64,000 nucleotides of DNA. Source: Eledone cirrhosa (lineage: Eukaryota). The stretch covers positions 58,528,001-58,592,000 of the forward strand of contig OZ024748.1 in the NCBI GenBank assembly GCA_964016885.1, read 5' to 3'. The notes beneath the pieces were generated by a model. The model ran no database searches. It was not told the origin of the DNA and saw only the letters and a list, made by a program, of their open reading frames with translations. Both the position numbers and the translations under genes were made by a program. Shown here piece after piece: positions 1 through 14,562 of the stretch (its first letter is position 1; each line of letters opens with the position of its first letter).

Positions 1-343
1 TATTCTATTCCCCTCTACACATCCTATCATCTCCAAGAAGATATCACATAGTTTATAAACGTGTCCCGTTATAATTATTCCTATTCGAAAAACAAACATC
101 GAAAGATTTGAACGTTGGATCAAATCTCTAGTTAGCGTCAAATTGAGAGGGTAAAACTTGATTCTAAATGTGTTCAGCAAGTGTTCATAGGTATAACTTA
201 ATTTACTCAAATCAATTTTACATCATTCAAACAAAACCATGTCTTCATGCTATACTTATTAAATCCCATGCACACGTATATTCAACGATACAATTAAACA
301 TTTCATATTTCCAATACTCCTGCTAAATATACATATATACATA

Positions 344-508
344 TGCAAGATGGATGGATAACCACCAGGCGTTCGGTTGGTCTCACTCGTGGATCACGCC
401 GGATCAATTGAAGATGGTTTCCTCTGACAGGATCCGCTAGAAGGCGTCCTTCAACACTCTCAGCGACCAACCTCCCAGGAAACATTGAGTGACGAAAAAG
501 AAGAAGAC
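344..508 (+). mobile_element. 3' end fragment of RTE-type LINE with (GAA)n tail
   Basis: Encodes a decayed RW.D C-terminal motif and ends in gaaaaagaagaag. It is homologous to the minus-strand copy at 60470-60680 (shared caagatgg.tggataac, ggtctc, ctgacagga.ccgct.gaag). Confidence 0.6.
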
Positions 509-510
509 AA

Positions 511-700
<190 letters not shown>

Positions 701-915
701 TATTTACGTATCGAGAGAGTGAAAAAAAGGGGAGGATAGGTGATACATATAGTTATTTGCCAAGTAGCGTATGCGAAAGGTGCTCGATACTAGTGCCGGC
801 AGTATTAAATATTCGAAGTGTTAATATTTAGTGGGCTAGAGAGTTAGCAGAGCGTAAGCACGTGGGAAAGTAAGAAATCGGAGAATAGACCGTTAAAACA
901 TGTTTATTTAAAACA

Positions 916-956
916 GCACCTACGTACGTTTCCCCCAGTTGGGCTTCTCAAGGGCA
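916..956 (-). ncRNA. Hammerhead ribozyme-like motif, U3-A8 variant core, in a probable PLE terminus
   Basis: Minus strand reads tgccc-TTGAGAA-gcccaactgggg-GAAA-cgtacg-TA-ggtgc, then AATAAA. Stem III is palindromic (cgtacg); stem I is weak. Confidence 0.5.
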
Positions 957-1495
957 TAAATAATCAAAAGTGTTCCTTACATTGCTCGGAAAGAGTGTTT
1001 GGGGTTAAATCCACGACAAGGTTCATTGCTCGCAAAAATAGCTTTTTTGATTTTGCAGCAGGTCAAGGGAGGTAACTCTGGCCGGTGTTAGGGCAGTCTT
1101 TCCCGGACAAATTTTGTATCCGCTACGAGATGAGGTTACAACCTTACCATTGTCGATACGCATGTAATCAACGCTTACTTTAAGAGGTTTTTTTGCCGCA
1201 TCTATTTGTCTGAGTCGTTTGAGGCTGGGTCTGGTATGCAAGGATAGTTTCCTGGGTGTTATTTTGCAGCGCCTGCCCGCCGAGGTGTTAAGACTTGTTG
1301 AGGGAGATCCAGTGCACGGTTTCACTCCTCATCCTTAACCCATCTGAAGAAGGATATTTTTAAGCCATGTGTACAACTTATCGCTGTTTCAGCTTTGCTG
1401 TTGATGAGCTCGTGGTGTGCAGTTATATTTTGCATGCATTATATATAAATATATAATGCATGCAGCATCTCACAGCGCTGCAATCAATCCGATCG

Positions 1496-1606
<111 letters not shown>

Positions 1607-1687
1607 ACGAAGGAAATGTGGTAAGGAACCAGATGGACCATAACGCACCAAAGTACTCAATACTTAGAGTCGTAGAGTGGGTAATAG

Positions 1688-1801
1688 GAACAAGTATGAC
1701 CCCGACGTCAGAGCTCAAGCCGTTTCGACGGCCTAATTCTAGACTAGTCCAGAATTAGCCGTCGAAACGGCTTGAGCTGTGCGTTGGGGTCATACTTGTT
1801 C
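1688..1801. repeat. Fold-back palindrome with ~52-bp arms between (TA)n tracts
   Basis: gaacaagtatgacccc...tttcgacggcctaattct / agaattagccgtcgaaa...ggggtcatacttgttc with a 10-nt spacer. One arm recurs alone at ~35468-35516. Confidence 0.9.
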
Positions 1802-1821
1802 TTATATATATATATATATAT

Positions 1822-1950
1822 AATAAATGTAATCTGAGTTTTTCGAATATTAATAATATCAAATTAAATATACAATTGAGGCTTGTTTGCAAAATTGCAA
1901 ACGAATCAAATGTTATTATTAATATTCGAAAACCTCAGATGACATTTATT
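1822..1950. repeat. Inverted repeat with ~36-bp arms around an internal gtttgcaa/ttgcaaac hairpin
   Basis: aataaatgtaatctgagtttttcgaatattaataa versus its reverse complement at ~1915-1950. A direct copy of the core and right arm lies at ~5793-5868, also abutting (TA)n. Confidence 0.8.
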
Positions 1951-2503
1951 GTTTTCAGCCATGTAGAGCGAAATTTTCTTTTATATACATATATATATGG
2001 GGGGGGGGGGGGCTCATAATGTTATAAAATTCCCAAAAATATTAACAACAGAACAAATATATATATATGAAGGGTTGATGCTGATGCTGTGAAATCATGT
2101 ATACATTAATTTCAACTCCATTCCATAAGTCTCTCTTGGTGAGCATATGAACGTTTCACCTAACCCTACTTTGAACGAGTGTGTTTGCTTCTATAATGTT
2201 TTCTTTCGCTGGGATGGAGGGACGCAGGGTAGTCATACACACTATCCGCTTTCTACTTTTATATTTCAAATGGAAAATTTTCCTAAAGCTGTTTGTACCA
2301 TAATACAAATGTTTTACCGGAAATTTTGTAGTTGAAATAGATTTTGATTTCATTCGTCACGGAATCTAAATATCCATTATATACAGTACCTTATGTAGGA
2401 CATATTGAACATGTTTCCAGACAGCATCATCAATTTCGAAAACAGCATTTATTTAGAATATATCGTTATAGCAGTAGTTATACGTATATATACACACATA
2501 CAA

Positions 2504-2547
<44 letters not shown>

Positions 2548-2574
2548 TAATAATAATAGTAATAAGAATCAAAT

Positions 2575-2641
2575 TATTTTATCTGATGAGGCCGTACTGT
2601 TGAAAATAGCTCAGTACCTCTGAAATATGTATAACAAAATA
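2575..2641 (+). ncRNA. Type I minimal hammerhead ribozyme (family shared with 13358/13505)
   Basis: tattttat-CTGATGA-ggccgtactg...cagtacctct-GAAA-tatgta-TA-acaaaata. Stem I has one mismatch. Confidence 0.75.
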
Positions 2642-2755
2642 TACTTGATCACATGAATGTCTATATTTGTTAATATTTTGAATTAATATATATATATATA
2701 TATATATACATATATACAAATATGTATATATATATATATACATACAAATATGTAA

Positions 2756-2786
<31 letters not shown>

Positions 2787-2864
2787 CATACCAATATGTA
2801 TATATATATATATACATACAAATATGTATATATATATATATATATACATACAAATATATATATG

Positions 2865-2909
<45 letters not shown>

Positions 2910-3097
2910 TGAGAGAGAGAAATGGAGCACGATATATATATATATATATACATTGAGTGATGTACATACAACAATTTGATTTGAGAGAGACGTGCAAATT
3001 TCCTTTTATGTATATAGTTAATTCACCTATCTTTCATAGATAATTTGGGAAAATTGTGATAAGCAAGCACATCGTCTCTCTTACGTATAACCAAGTT

Positions 3098-3143
<46 letters not shown>

Positions 3144-4294
3144 ATTCTATAGTAATATATGTGCGAGTAGTGTAAGCATTGATAACGCCATTGCTAGGTC
3201 GATAAAGGGGTTACATATATTCTGCAGTCGCTACTTTTCGTCTAAACACGGACAGGTTTCGTAACGCCTATCACCACAATTATGAAAATAACATTCGATG
3301 TAAAGCAATCACAACACCAGTAACAACTACTGATTCAGGTAGAAGATTCAAATGTCCAAGATTATTATTTCCTGTTTTCCTATATACTTAGATAAATTGG
3401 CTGAAATGTCAGGTGATAACTTTTCTTCTGGTTCGAATGAATGCTTGATTGTATGTCGTATTATAGTTAATAGTGTGCATTCATAATCTTTAATGTAACA
3501 TCACACAATAATCAGAATTGATTGTGGTGGAAATGAATCATAATTCTATGCATAAATCTAATTTGCCTAAATATTTGGCTGCCACTGTAAAATACCGAAA
3601 ATATTATAAAAAGCGGGATACAGAAATGTTTCAAAACGTCTCACAACGGCCGAGCAAATATTGATTTATTAGTTAAGAAATTGGCATTTCTAAGATATTA
3701 TCTATGGTCGACAGAAATAACCCCATGCAAGACTCGCAAGAATGTCGTATAATCGGCCAACATATAGTTTATATTTCCTTGCAGAATTACTGATCTGTGC
3801 AATGGCTATAAACTTTTTTGCCATATCTTCAGCTATTTTAACAACCTTTATTCTAGACTGTTACTCTTATCGTCGCTTCTTGTTGTGTAAAATTTATCAT
3901 AGTCGCCATTTTAATTTAAATTAAAACTTCTTATTTTGATATCAATCCTCACTCTTTACTGAAATAATGCAATTATTACTATCTGCCTAATCTATTGTTA
4001 TTGATTATTGAAGACACATTTTGTTGCCAAGAACAGCTGAACAAGGAGCACAAATCTTAACGGCTATTTAGATATGATTTCTCAGTAAAAAATATCACCC
4101 GGTCTACTTCATCAATTATACTATTGAAACCGATAAATTAATTAATGCGCACGTCTCAAAATATGTGAATTTTGGAAATTATTAATAAAAAAATATGCTT
4201 CAAATCATAGTACGAATTCGTGTCTGAATAACTAAAAATTTAAATGTACATTAATAAAAGAGCTATCTTTGCCGAAATCATTTAGGGGAAATGT

Positions 4295-4489
<195 letters not shown>

Positions 4490-4757
4490 GTGTGTATGGG
4501 TGTGTGTCTATGTGTGTGCGCGCAAGGCCTAGCTTTCGATTTATCGACCAAAATTAACTTTAAAAAGATGTCCGCAAGTAGTTTTCTCGTACAATTGTAT
4601 TATAAATGTATACTGTATGACGGCACCTTTTCTTAGTTGGGCTGTTATAATAAACGCTATGTATATGTAATAGAGACTTGAACTAAACTAAAGTCCAAGG
4701 AGAACGACACAACTTGTACGATGAATACTTATTAATCAATGAACGATGTAAACCCAG

Positions 4758-4958
4758 TAGGAGGGTCGACTGAGAAGTCTCTAGGCTGACTATGAAAAAT
4801 TGGTGCTATTGCTGTGAAATCTTGCATGCATTAATTTTAATTCTTCTTATTAATAATTGCATTGTGTCTATCCATTGACTTTATTGAAAAATGAACCACA
4901 TATGTTCATTCCAAGAGAGTGTATTTGTCAGCCGATGAAAGTTTCTGCAGAACCTCGT
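4758..4958. mobile_element. Mariner/Tc1-type MITE (~200 bp), degenerate
   Basis: Imperfect terminal inverted repeats (gaggg...aagt..ctaggctgac / gtcagcc...aa.ttt...cctcgt). Homologous copies at ~2066-2170, 14227-14562, 30861-31052 and 53075-53269. Confidence 0.6.
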
Positions 4959-5140
4959 TGGCAGTATCGGTAGACGGTCGAACGCCATGCTTTGCAGCAT
5001 AGAGTTACGCACCTTTACGGTCTGAGTTCAGACGCCGCCGAGGTTAACTTTGCCTTTCTTCCTTACGGGGTCGATAAAATAAAGTACCAGTAATGCACTG
5101 GGATAATTGCTGGCCTTGTGCCAACAATAAAACAATTATA
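4958..5140 (+). mobile_element. tRNA-derived SINE (main family of the window)
   Basis: A-box-like tggcagtatcgg and B-box-like gagttca, conserved core ttgccttt..tccttacggggtcgataaaataaagtaccag, and 3' gctggccttgtgcca...aaacaattat. Confidence 0.85.
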
Positions 5141-5862
5141 TTGTTTCTATGTAATACAGGGAATAACATAACGTTTTTCCCACTTGTTTTATAAGTATTT
5201 ACTTATAAAACTCAAGTGCCCCAATGACATTTTCAGCAGTAGGACCTATGGCACGGCCGTCCTATTGTAGTATACACTATTAAACACACACACACGCACA
5301 CGCACACATACACACACACACACTCCCACGCATGCAAAAAAGTCTTAAATTATATGCTAGGAGTTTAGATATTCTAACATAGTGATAATCCATCGTAAAA
5401 AGAAAATAACCATCAATATTTACGGTCTCATTTACGCGTAGTGATAATGAACGCTGTTGTATAATTTTGTTGACAGACATTGTATTTAGTGCAGCAAGAC
5501 AGTTTATTCGGGTAAGGTGATTAGCTACAGTCTTCGAATATTTGCAGTAAGCTAAATAAATGTTGATTTAATATTCGCACTACAAAGAAATGTATTCGTC
5601 TCAAGTCATACATATATATATAGTGTACTTTTGAAAATAACATATATTTTCACTAGCTCTGACAGTTTGTCAGGTGAACAGTGATCTGTACAGAATGAAG
5701 GGTGATACCCAGAAATATTAGTGTCTGCAGTTCTTTACGCATGCCAACACAAGAGCAAGAATGAGGTGTCCATTCTACTAACATGGCTATAAAATTGAGG
5801 CTTGTTTGCAAAATTGCAAACGAATCGAATGTTATTATTAATATTTCAAAAACTCAGATTAC

Positions 5863-5913
<51 letters not shown>

Positions 5914-6042
5914 TATTGAGAGAGAGAGAAAGAGATGGTAGAGAGAGAGAGATGCATAAAATATTCCTGTAAATTTTATGTCTGAATGTGCATGTGTTTG
6001 TATATGTATATACGTTTGTTTATATACCTATATGTGCATATG

Positions 6043-6131
<89 letters not shown>

Positions 6132-9100
6132 TTTTATTCTTTTACCTGTTCCAGCCATATAGGTATATATGACAAAAGCTTTTACACATATGTAGGTAAA
6201 GAGGCGTTCAATATATTGATGCACTGAAGCCCTTTCTAAACTTGAAAAGTATTTTTCAAGAAATATCTGAAAGAAAAATGGAAGTTCAAATATGCTAAGT
6301 AAACAAAGGAGGCAGATAATGTTTTACTTTCTCTCTAAAAGACACATTTAATCCATTAGTATTTTCAAAACACAAAAACTACTATCCTTAACAAATCAAT
6401 TTACTTTATTTTTTACTTAGTAATAGAAGTTGATCATGTTGAAAGTTTTAAATGTATTACAAAAAGGTAAAACAAATACTGAATTTGTATTGAAACATGA
6501 AAATGTCCATAAACTAAAACGTCTAAAATTTTGCGAAATTTTATGTTATTTTGTGTAATATATGACACGGCACGCTTATCGTATATTTGCTGCATTACGA
6601 ACTCATACATTGAAAGCACTTAAAAGGTAACTGAATATATGACAACTTGGGATTTATTTACTTTTATTTCCTATTTTATTTATCAATGTTTTAGAAGCAG
6701 GCACTGTAAACTGAAGTCTATGCCAGTTTCCCCTAAAATATCTATCACTCTCCACCTCCATAGGAAGATTGTGAATAACATATTTTAATCATTAGAATAG
6801 CTAAATGGATCATTGCAAACTAACATAAGCGTGATACGATTCCATGTGTTGTGGTGTATATTTAAGTGTAAATAGTATTTTCCTAAAGCCAAACGAACTG
6901 AGCGTCAGATCAGACAAGAGAAACACTTTTCCGCTAATCTTTTCAGTGTTAATTAGAGCAGCTGTTTCTAAGACATGGTAGAATGAGGAATGTGAAATAA
7001 ATGATGTTGCTCAAGCGCCAAACGCCCTACTCAGTCAAGGAATTGAACCTATGATCTTATGGTCGTGAACCGTGAATCGAATAGCCTAACAATTTGTCAC
7101 TAAAGTGCTAATGATAATTTGGAGATTATCTAGTAACATAGCAAATTTTTCAATCTTTTCTTGTAAATCACTTTTTTTTATTTCACGTTATCACATTGAT
7201 AGGAAATCATATCTATAATTGCTTTCCATGATTGACATTAAGGAGGAAAATGTTGGTTGTTACAACCGAAACCAAAACGATATTTTGATCGAAAAAGTTT
7301 CCCTGCCAAGATACAATATTTATAGAAGTAGTGAACTAATACTGCAGCATTTTCTGATCGCGATAGCAAAGCTGATTGACTAAGCGTCATGTCCGTTGTT
7401 CTTGTTTATTAATATCGATTTTGAACTTTGCAATTCATGTAAAAATTTCAGAGAATAATTTACGGTGGAATTTATTTCCTTCTCTAGATATTCATCAATA
7501 CTCGTAAATTATGTTTAGATAAACAAATGTTTTCATACCGTATTTTACATTTCTTTTCGTTTTAGTAGTTATAATTTAACACGGCAATCTCTCTAAAATT
7601 ATTATCCCAAAAATTTCCCTGTAAAACTCTCCAAAAATTTTCAGAAATTGTTTCTGGATTTTTTTCTGCAGCTTGTCTTCTGTAAATCACCTCCAAATAC
7701 TTCTTCGAAAACTTTCCGCCTAAATTCCTCTATAAATCCTATCGGAAATTCCTTTGAAAACTTACCTCGCAGATTTTTCTGGAAATAGAAATGTAACATG
7801 TTCTATATCTTATAATACTTTTATATAATGTTTATATAATGTTTATATAACTTTTATTTAATGTTAATATAATGTCAATGTTGATATGAACTACTCTAAT
7901 TATGTTATGTTATTTATTCATATGGAGGGGCGAATGCATAGTAGAATAGCACACTGGGTTCTAGGTCCCCAAAATCTGTTACATCAATATAAAGAAAGGG
8001 AATAACTTGTTTTTTGTTGTAATTGTTGTTCTTCAGAGAAAGCCATTTTTTTCACCTTACTTTCTCTAGTCCTCGACAACATAGAGCTAGAGATCTTATC
8101 ACTACAAAAGCTGGACCTCTCAATCATTGATTTTTCGTGGTGACATCACAGATGGCTTTCAGTCATATGCAGCTAGCTGCCTTAGAGGAGCAGAGGCTGT
8201 TGGAGTAGCAACAAAGTTGATGGAGAGGAGAAGAGAGTGTGATTTTGAGTCGTTGCCCGTCAGTCACATTGCCTTTTTTTTAATATGGTCTGCGATATTT
8301 CTGCGTGAATCGGCAGCAACTTTCCAATATTATATACAACATATCAATGTAACTTCCCTGAAGAGTAGGTAAGAAAGAATATAACCAGATATTGTAAAAT
8401 CAACCTCCAATAATATTCTAATGTATAACATATTTACTGAAAACCTGATGCCTAATACTCGTAATAGAACTGAATATGCCAACATCAACAGGAAAGCATG
8501 CGAACTAGAATTGGTAGGATTGACTCGGTTGGAAGCTAGGACTAAAAACTACCAATAATTGAAATAAAATATGAAGGGCACAGTTAGGGTCATGTTAACA
8601 ATAGATCCACTCGATTTGGAAACGCAAAGATCCACGTTTTTACTGTTGCTGTAGCACAACAACATTCTTAGAATTTAAGACGTTATGGAAAAATATAACG
8701 ACTTTCGTTTATTACACAAGTCGTGCAGAAATTGGAGATCAAATATATATACAATTCCACATTTTACCATCTGGAATAAGGTGCAATATTTCTCAGATTA
8801 ACAATTATTTTTCCTCGCGATTTAACACAATTTTCTTTAATGAAATATTGATTTATTTAGAAAGCTAAATACGATATATATTTATCATATATAGGCAAGT
8901 AAATATTTGCAATATACAACTGAAATGATAAATATGTTACCTACTAAATACATATGCATTCTTAGGAATATTAAGTGCGTTATGAATTAGTGTTTGTAGA
9001 TAGTATGTGTTATATAAAAATCGTAATTAGTCTGTCCTTAGGGAAGGACATTACGTCAATACTCATCTTCTTCCATTCCTTAGAGGGTTCTAAACCCCAC

Positions 9101-9369
9101 TATCATGCTAAAATTCCTTTAGTCAGAAATATGGCGAAAGCATCTATTTCTATATTCAAACCCACTCCGTGTTTCAAAAAAAAGTTATATATATATATGG
9201 AGGGGTAGGGTCCATCCGTATGATTTAGCAACCGGATTAATCATCATTTTATGATGGAAGTCGAAATGACATGCGAAAATCTTTATGCTTTTGATAAGTG
9301 TATGCAACAATTTACAACATAGAAATATTGTAGTTCTGGTGTTTATAATTAAACGTGTATGAAAGGCGT

Positions 9370-9725
9370 TGTTTTGGAAGAATCGTTAGAGCGTCGCACA
9401 AAGTCACATCCTGCCTAAGTCAAATTTACCTTTAAATCAAAATATACCAGTTATATACTGGTTCAATATAATCGACTTTGATCTACCTGTAATTGCTTGC
9501 TTTTTTGCTAAATTAGAATTAATTATGAAAAGCGAAGGAAGAACGGTTAATTGGCAGAATCGTTAGCGAATCAAATAGAATGCTTTATTTATCCCACTAC
9601 GATGCGTCCTGATTTCAAAACTCGCCAAGGTAAAATCCGCCTTTAATCCTCCTGTGGAGCCGATATAATTTATTTTCTCTTTTCTTCTAAAATTGCTGAA
9701 CTTGTACTTAAATTAGAAACGATTA
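9370..9725 (+). mobile_element. Two old degenerate SINE copies in tandem
   Basis: ttggaagaatcgttaga and ttggcagaatcgttag heads, each followed by a gcctttaatcc-like core and an aattagaa..attat tail. Confidence 0.55.
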
Positions 9726-10684
9726 TTAAAGTTGTATAAATTCGGAAAAACATTCCTCTTTTGTACATATAGTGTTCCATACATATGTTAAAAGTTCAGG
9801 TCAAAGGTCTATTGTTACGAGGACCGGCTCACAAATCGTTTAAATGTGAGTTCGACTCGTGTTGTTGCGTTGGGTAAGTTTCTATATTTCACGCTTCTCC
9901 TGTTCGCTCAGATGACAAACATTAGGTGTACCTCACGTTGCATATGTCCGCCCTGTCACAGCTTGTCTCGCTTAAACTTTCTGGTAATTATGTTACGGAT
10001 AGTCGTGATTTTAGACTGCTCATGTATCTAGATAGCTAGATATATTATATATATATATATAGATATATAGATAGATATAGCCTATCAGGGTTCTTTCATG
10101 GCATACATGTAACATCATCGGTGATACTATTATGTTTCCTCCCGTTATAGTGAGGAAACATAGCCAGTTCTCACTGATCAAATAACTAGAACACACGTCG
10201 TTGAAGCCGATGGTAATCCAACACGTACACACACACATTCGAATTAAGAATAGCTTTCACTTTCATTACAGCTTACTAAACAAATTTATACTTAAGCTGG
10301 CTTGTAAATCCTTCGGATAGATAGTCGGGAAATAATGAGTGAAAACCAATTTTTCTTTTACTTTAATTACTAAAGAAGGAAATAACGTATATAGTAAACT
10401 ACTTGGCATTCACTGCGTATTTCAAACATGGAAATCCGAGACAATAATTGCTGTTTTCGAGTTCTTGAACAGTTGCTAATTAGCTTTGATACATTATCTC
10501 TTAGTAAATTTTACATGCACATAATGTGCTGTATTTGTATTTGTATTAAGATTTTTAAAAAAAGATAATTTTTACAGTCAATTTAATTAATTTGGATTAG
10601 GTGAGCAATTAAATTTAGATAATAATTAAAAATTGCTGGTGTTTGTTTTATATATTTCCGTGAAGTGTAATTTGAAATTTCACT

Positions 10685-10741
<57 letters not shown>

Positions 10742-10769
10742 TCTCCCTTTCTCTCTCTCTTTCTCGCTT

Positions 10770-10805
<36 letters not shown>

Positions 10806-11277
10806 GAGGTTGATTTTAATCAAAAATATTATATAAATATCACCTATTAGACTACTGACTGCGAATTACCTATGGCACATAATGCAGGAGCAACTAATAA
10901 ACATATATATGGCAATAGACTGCCCGGCTGGTTGGCAAATGTTCCCTCGTCAGCATGTTAAAAGCGCTACTTCAAAGATATTTGTCTCTCCTTGATTCTC
11001 TCATCTATCACAGAAACATCTATTTCTACGCTATTTAATATCAATCTATGTAACATCCTCTCTTAAATTGAACCCTTGTGTCTTTTTTTATCATAACTAT
11101 TCTATCACACACCTCGGAGACCCATTTAAGTACTTGCTCAATATATTGATCCCAAGTGCTCTACATTTTATCTTCCTTCATTAATTTCTAGCAGATCGGG
11201 CTGAATATAAAATACATAAGTTTCACCACGCTAATAGGCCTGCAGATTTGATTCCCACTTTCACTGATTCACTATAA

Positions 11278-11462
11278 ATAATTGTTTCTACTTTGGGCAC
11301 AGGGCCAGCAATTATCCAGTACATTACTGGTACTTTATTTTATCGACCCCGTAAGGATGAAAGGCAAAGTCAACCTCGGCGGGATTTGAACTCAGATCGT
11401 AAAGAGACGTAACTATGCTGGAAAGCATGGCGTCCGACCCTCTACCGATACTGCCAATCCAC
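11278..11462 (-). mobile_element. SINE, full length
   Basis: Reverse complement of the 4958-5140 family consensus. Confidence 0.88.
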
Positions 11463-12219
11463 TAATGACTTAAAATTTTATAAAACAATGCAGCTTCGTT
11501 ATCGTTTTGAATCATAATAATGGAGGGTACAAATATGATTGTTAGAAGAAAGCTCACGAGAACACTGCAATCAAACTGCAGCAGAACAACGCTTAAATAT
11601 TCAAATTTAATTCTTTGAATTTATGGTAATTATATAGCAAAAGCAATGTGGAATACGGATTTCAAACAATTGAATCAATGATGATGAGATTTTTGTAACC
11701 GTGATTTCAATATATTATCACTGACAAAGGTAGAAACACATTTTGACTAATACCCTCGCAACGCCTCATTCTCTGCCTCTTTTTAAGATGATACAGATAG
11801 ATTAGAAATTGTGACGCAACTTGTATTTGTGTAGCTAGAGAGACATTACTGCCTTGTTATTATTTAGAGTTGGGTGTTATTTTAAAGTTCCTTAAAAGAC
11901 GGTGATTTGACAGAGTTGTAAAAGCGTAAGACATTTGTTCTGAGTCTCCGTGTTCAGATTTTACATCAACGTTACCTTTCACCCTCTCAACGTCGGACAA
12001 ACAGAGTAACACTCTCGTGTGATAGTTTACTGAAGTCGGAATGCTGTAGGACGATATGCCTCGATGCATTTGTTCTAGATCTTTGCATTCTGAGTTCAAA
12101 TAATTACTTGGTAGCTGTTAGATTAATGAGTATACCTGGACCTTCGTGAGTAATTTTAATTCACTCAAAATGTTTTAAAGTTAATAGAAACCAGATTATC
12201 TCTATAATTAATAACACTT

Positions 12220-12440
12220 TTTGTTTCTACGTTCGGCCCAAGACCAGCACTTTGAAGGAAATAGAGACAGTCGTCCAAATCAAAACCAGAGCATTACTAG
12301 TACTTTATTTTATGGAGCCCGAAAGGATGAAGGGCAAAGCTACTCTCGGTGAAATTATAAGTCAGAACGTATAGGGCCTCAAATAAATGCCGCAAAGCAT
12401 GTTGTCCTACTCTGTAAAGACGCTACCAATCCGCTGACCT
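12220..12440 (-). mobile_element. SINE, older and longer variant
   Basis: tactttatttt...cccgaaaggatgaagggcaaag...ctcgg core with diverged flanks. Confidence 0.65.
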
Positions 12441-12860
12441 AGACTGCTTATATTGCTTCGTGTATGTTTATGTCTTATTTTATTGTGCATTTTTATATTT
12501 CTGTAAATTTATACAATATATTTTATATAATGCCTCCTATTATTTCTGAAGAATTATCCTCCGTGTAGTGCTATATTAAATACATGGTTTGAGTTGAGAA
12601 TGTGAAATAATTTGATATCGTATGTCCATTGAAGCTTAACATTATTAGAAGGGTTGCAATTTATGTTATGAACTTCTTTGAAACGGAAAAAATATCAGGA
12701 AGAACTCTGCTATACATTGCGATATCTTGTAATTGTTGATAGTCTTGACACACACACGCACACGCACACGCACACACACACACAAACACACATATATATA
12801 TCATTCATTCATTCTCATCTCGGGAACAATTTTGAATTTTATATTCTCCGAGTAAAAAGA

Positions 12861-12947
12861 ACCTTCTGACGAGAGTTTATCTTTTCAATGGAGGTCCGCA
12901 GGGACTATCCATTTATTTTTGAGACTCGAAATCGATTCGGTAAAGGT
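12861..12947 (+). ncRNA. Type I hammerhead ribozyme with extended stem II
   Basis: acctt-CTGACGA-gagttt...(aatgga-ggtcc-gca-gggac-ta-tccatt)...agactc-GAAA-tcgattcgg-TA-aaggt. Stem I is a perfect 5 bp; cleavage triplet GUA. Confidence 0.8.
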
Positions 12948-13014
12948 AACCATAGTAAGTACGGTGAATTTTATGAAATTTATTTTGAAACTTTTTCTTA
13001 TTTGCTAAACCTTG

Positions 13015-13086
<72 letters not shown>

Positions 13087-13185
13087 AAATAATGTTTTTG
13101 AGAGAAGACTACTTTTAGATAATTGTTTTGTTGCATAATATATATGTCAATAACAAGGATATACAATATACGTCCACACCCTTAC

Positions 13186-13226
<41 letters not shown>

Positions 13227-13357
13227 GTTTAACAAGATTCAATGAATTCATCAATGAATAAAGTTTCACAATAGATTAGAAGCACTCTACAAATTTTCTG
13301 GAGTTATTAATATTACTTCAAAATATTAATAAATATAGACATTCATGTGATCAAATA

Positions 13358-13423
13358 TATTTTATTATACATATTTCAGAGATACTGAGCTATTTCAAAA
13401 GTACGTCCTCATCAGATAAAATA
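13358..13423 (-). ncRNA. Type I minimal hammerhead ribozyme (mirror copy)
   Basis: Reverse complement of 13505-13570 with intact CTGATGA/GAAA/UA core. Confidence 0.78.
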
Positions 13424-13504
13424 AGTTGATGCCTAACATACCTTGACTATGTTGATGACTAAATTATAACCATCAACATAGTCAAGGTATGTCAGGCATC
13501 AACT

Positions 13505-13570
13505 TATTTTATCTGATGAGGACGTACTGTTGAAATAGCTCAGTATCTCTGAAATATGTATAATAAAATA
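13505..13570 (+). ncRNA. Type I minimal hammerhead ribozyme
   Basis: tattttat-CTGATGA-ggacgtactg...cagtatctct-GAAA-tatgta-TA-ataaaata. Stem I is a perfect 8 bp and overlaps AATAAA. Confidence 0.82.
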
Positions 13571-14226
13571 TATTTGATTATATGAATGTCTATATTTATT
13601 AATATTTTGAAGTAATATTATATGTATATATATATATAGGGGTTGCGCGTGTGCGTATATATGCATATATATAAATCAGTATGTAGACAAATATGTCTGA
13701 CAGATAATGTATACTGAAATTGTTAACCTGTTCTAATACTGAATATTTACACACCCATGAAAATATATATGTATATAAATTTGAAATTATTTTCTGATGT
13801 ATATTTCCAAATGATGTACATTTTGACTTAGATTAGAGTTTATATGTACTAATAGAGAATTTTAATATTATAACAATGTAGTGAGGATTTGAACTCAGAG
13901 CGCAAACGGCCGTAACTCTATACTGCAAAGCATGACATCCAATACTGCCATTATAAAATTATTCATGAATGCCTTGAATCTATTGTTTTCGTGTCTTTCA
14001 CGGAAAGTAAACGATTCATTTGTTATTAAAATGGTAGTAAATCTGGAAGACCCTTAACTGTATTTTTTATATCTCTTTAACTAGTAGAGCTTTTATAGTT
14101 TAATTTCATAAAGAATTTCCGTATTAAATACTTTTGTTTTTCTGGTTGATAGTTCTGACCTGAACCTCCCCGATCAGTTTTAAATTCAGATTTTTTTTTC
14201 GTGCTCCTTCCGCAATGATAAATGTT

Positions 14227-14562
14227 CGTAGTTTGAAAGGTTCATATGCTGACCAAGATACTCGCATGGAATGACCAAATGAGGTCCATTTTCTTCTATA
14301 ATCGTCCCTGGAAAGAATGCAATTATTAATAAGAAGAGTTTAAATTAAGGCATGCAAAATTTCACAGCCCTAGCATCACTCCCCCATAATCTGGCTATGA
14401 CCAAGTTACTCTCATGACAAAAGGTGTATTTTTCAACATAGTCCCTGGAAAGAAACAATGCAGTTTTTAAAAGGAAGATATAAAATTAATGCATGCAAGA
14501 TTTCACAGCTGGAGCATCACTTCTTTAAAGTCAGCATATCAACTTTTCACTCGACTTACGTA
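14227..14562. mobile_element. Mariner-type MITE with an internal tandem duplication
   Basis: tgaccaag.tactc.catg...gtccctggaaagaa...gcatgcaa.atttcacagc occurs twice in tandem. Same family as 53075-53269 in the opposite orientation. Confidence 0.6.

Larger units (their letters stand above)
13308..13620. repeat. Palindrome with 150-bp arms and 13-nt spacer (inverted PLE terminus)
   Basis: 13308-13457 is a near-perfect reverse complement of 13471-13620. Each arm carries a hammerhead. Confidence 0.95.

Noticed and set aside
1023-1325. 100-aa minus-strand ORF upstream of the 916-956 hammerhead
   Set aside because: No GIY-YIG or RT motif recognised; probably the non-coding body of the element.
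8127-8375. 81-aa ORF ending at a good splice-donor-like AG|GTAAGA
   Set aside because: No recognisable protein and no supporting partner exon; a host exon cannot be supported from sequence alone.
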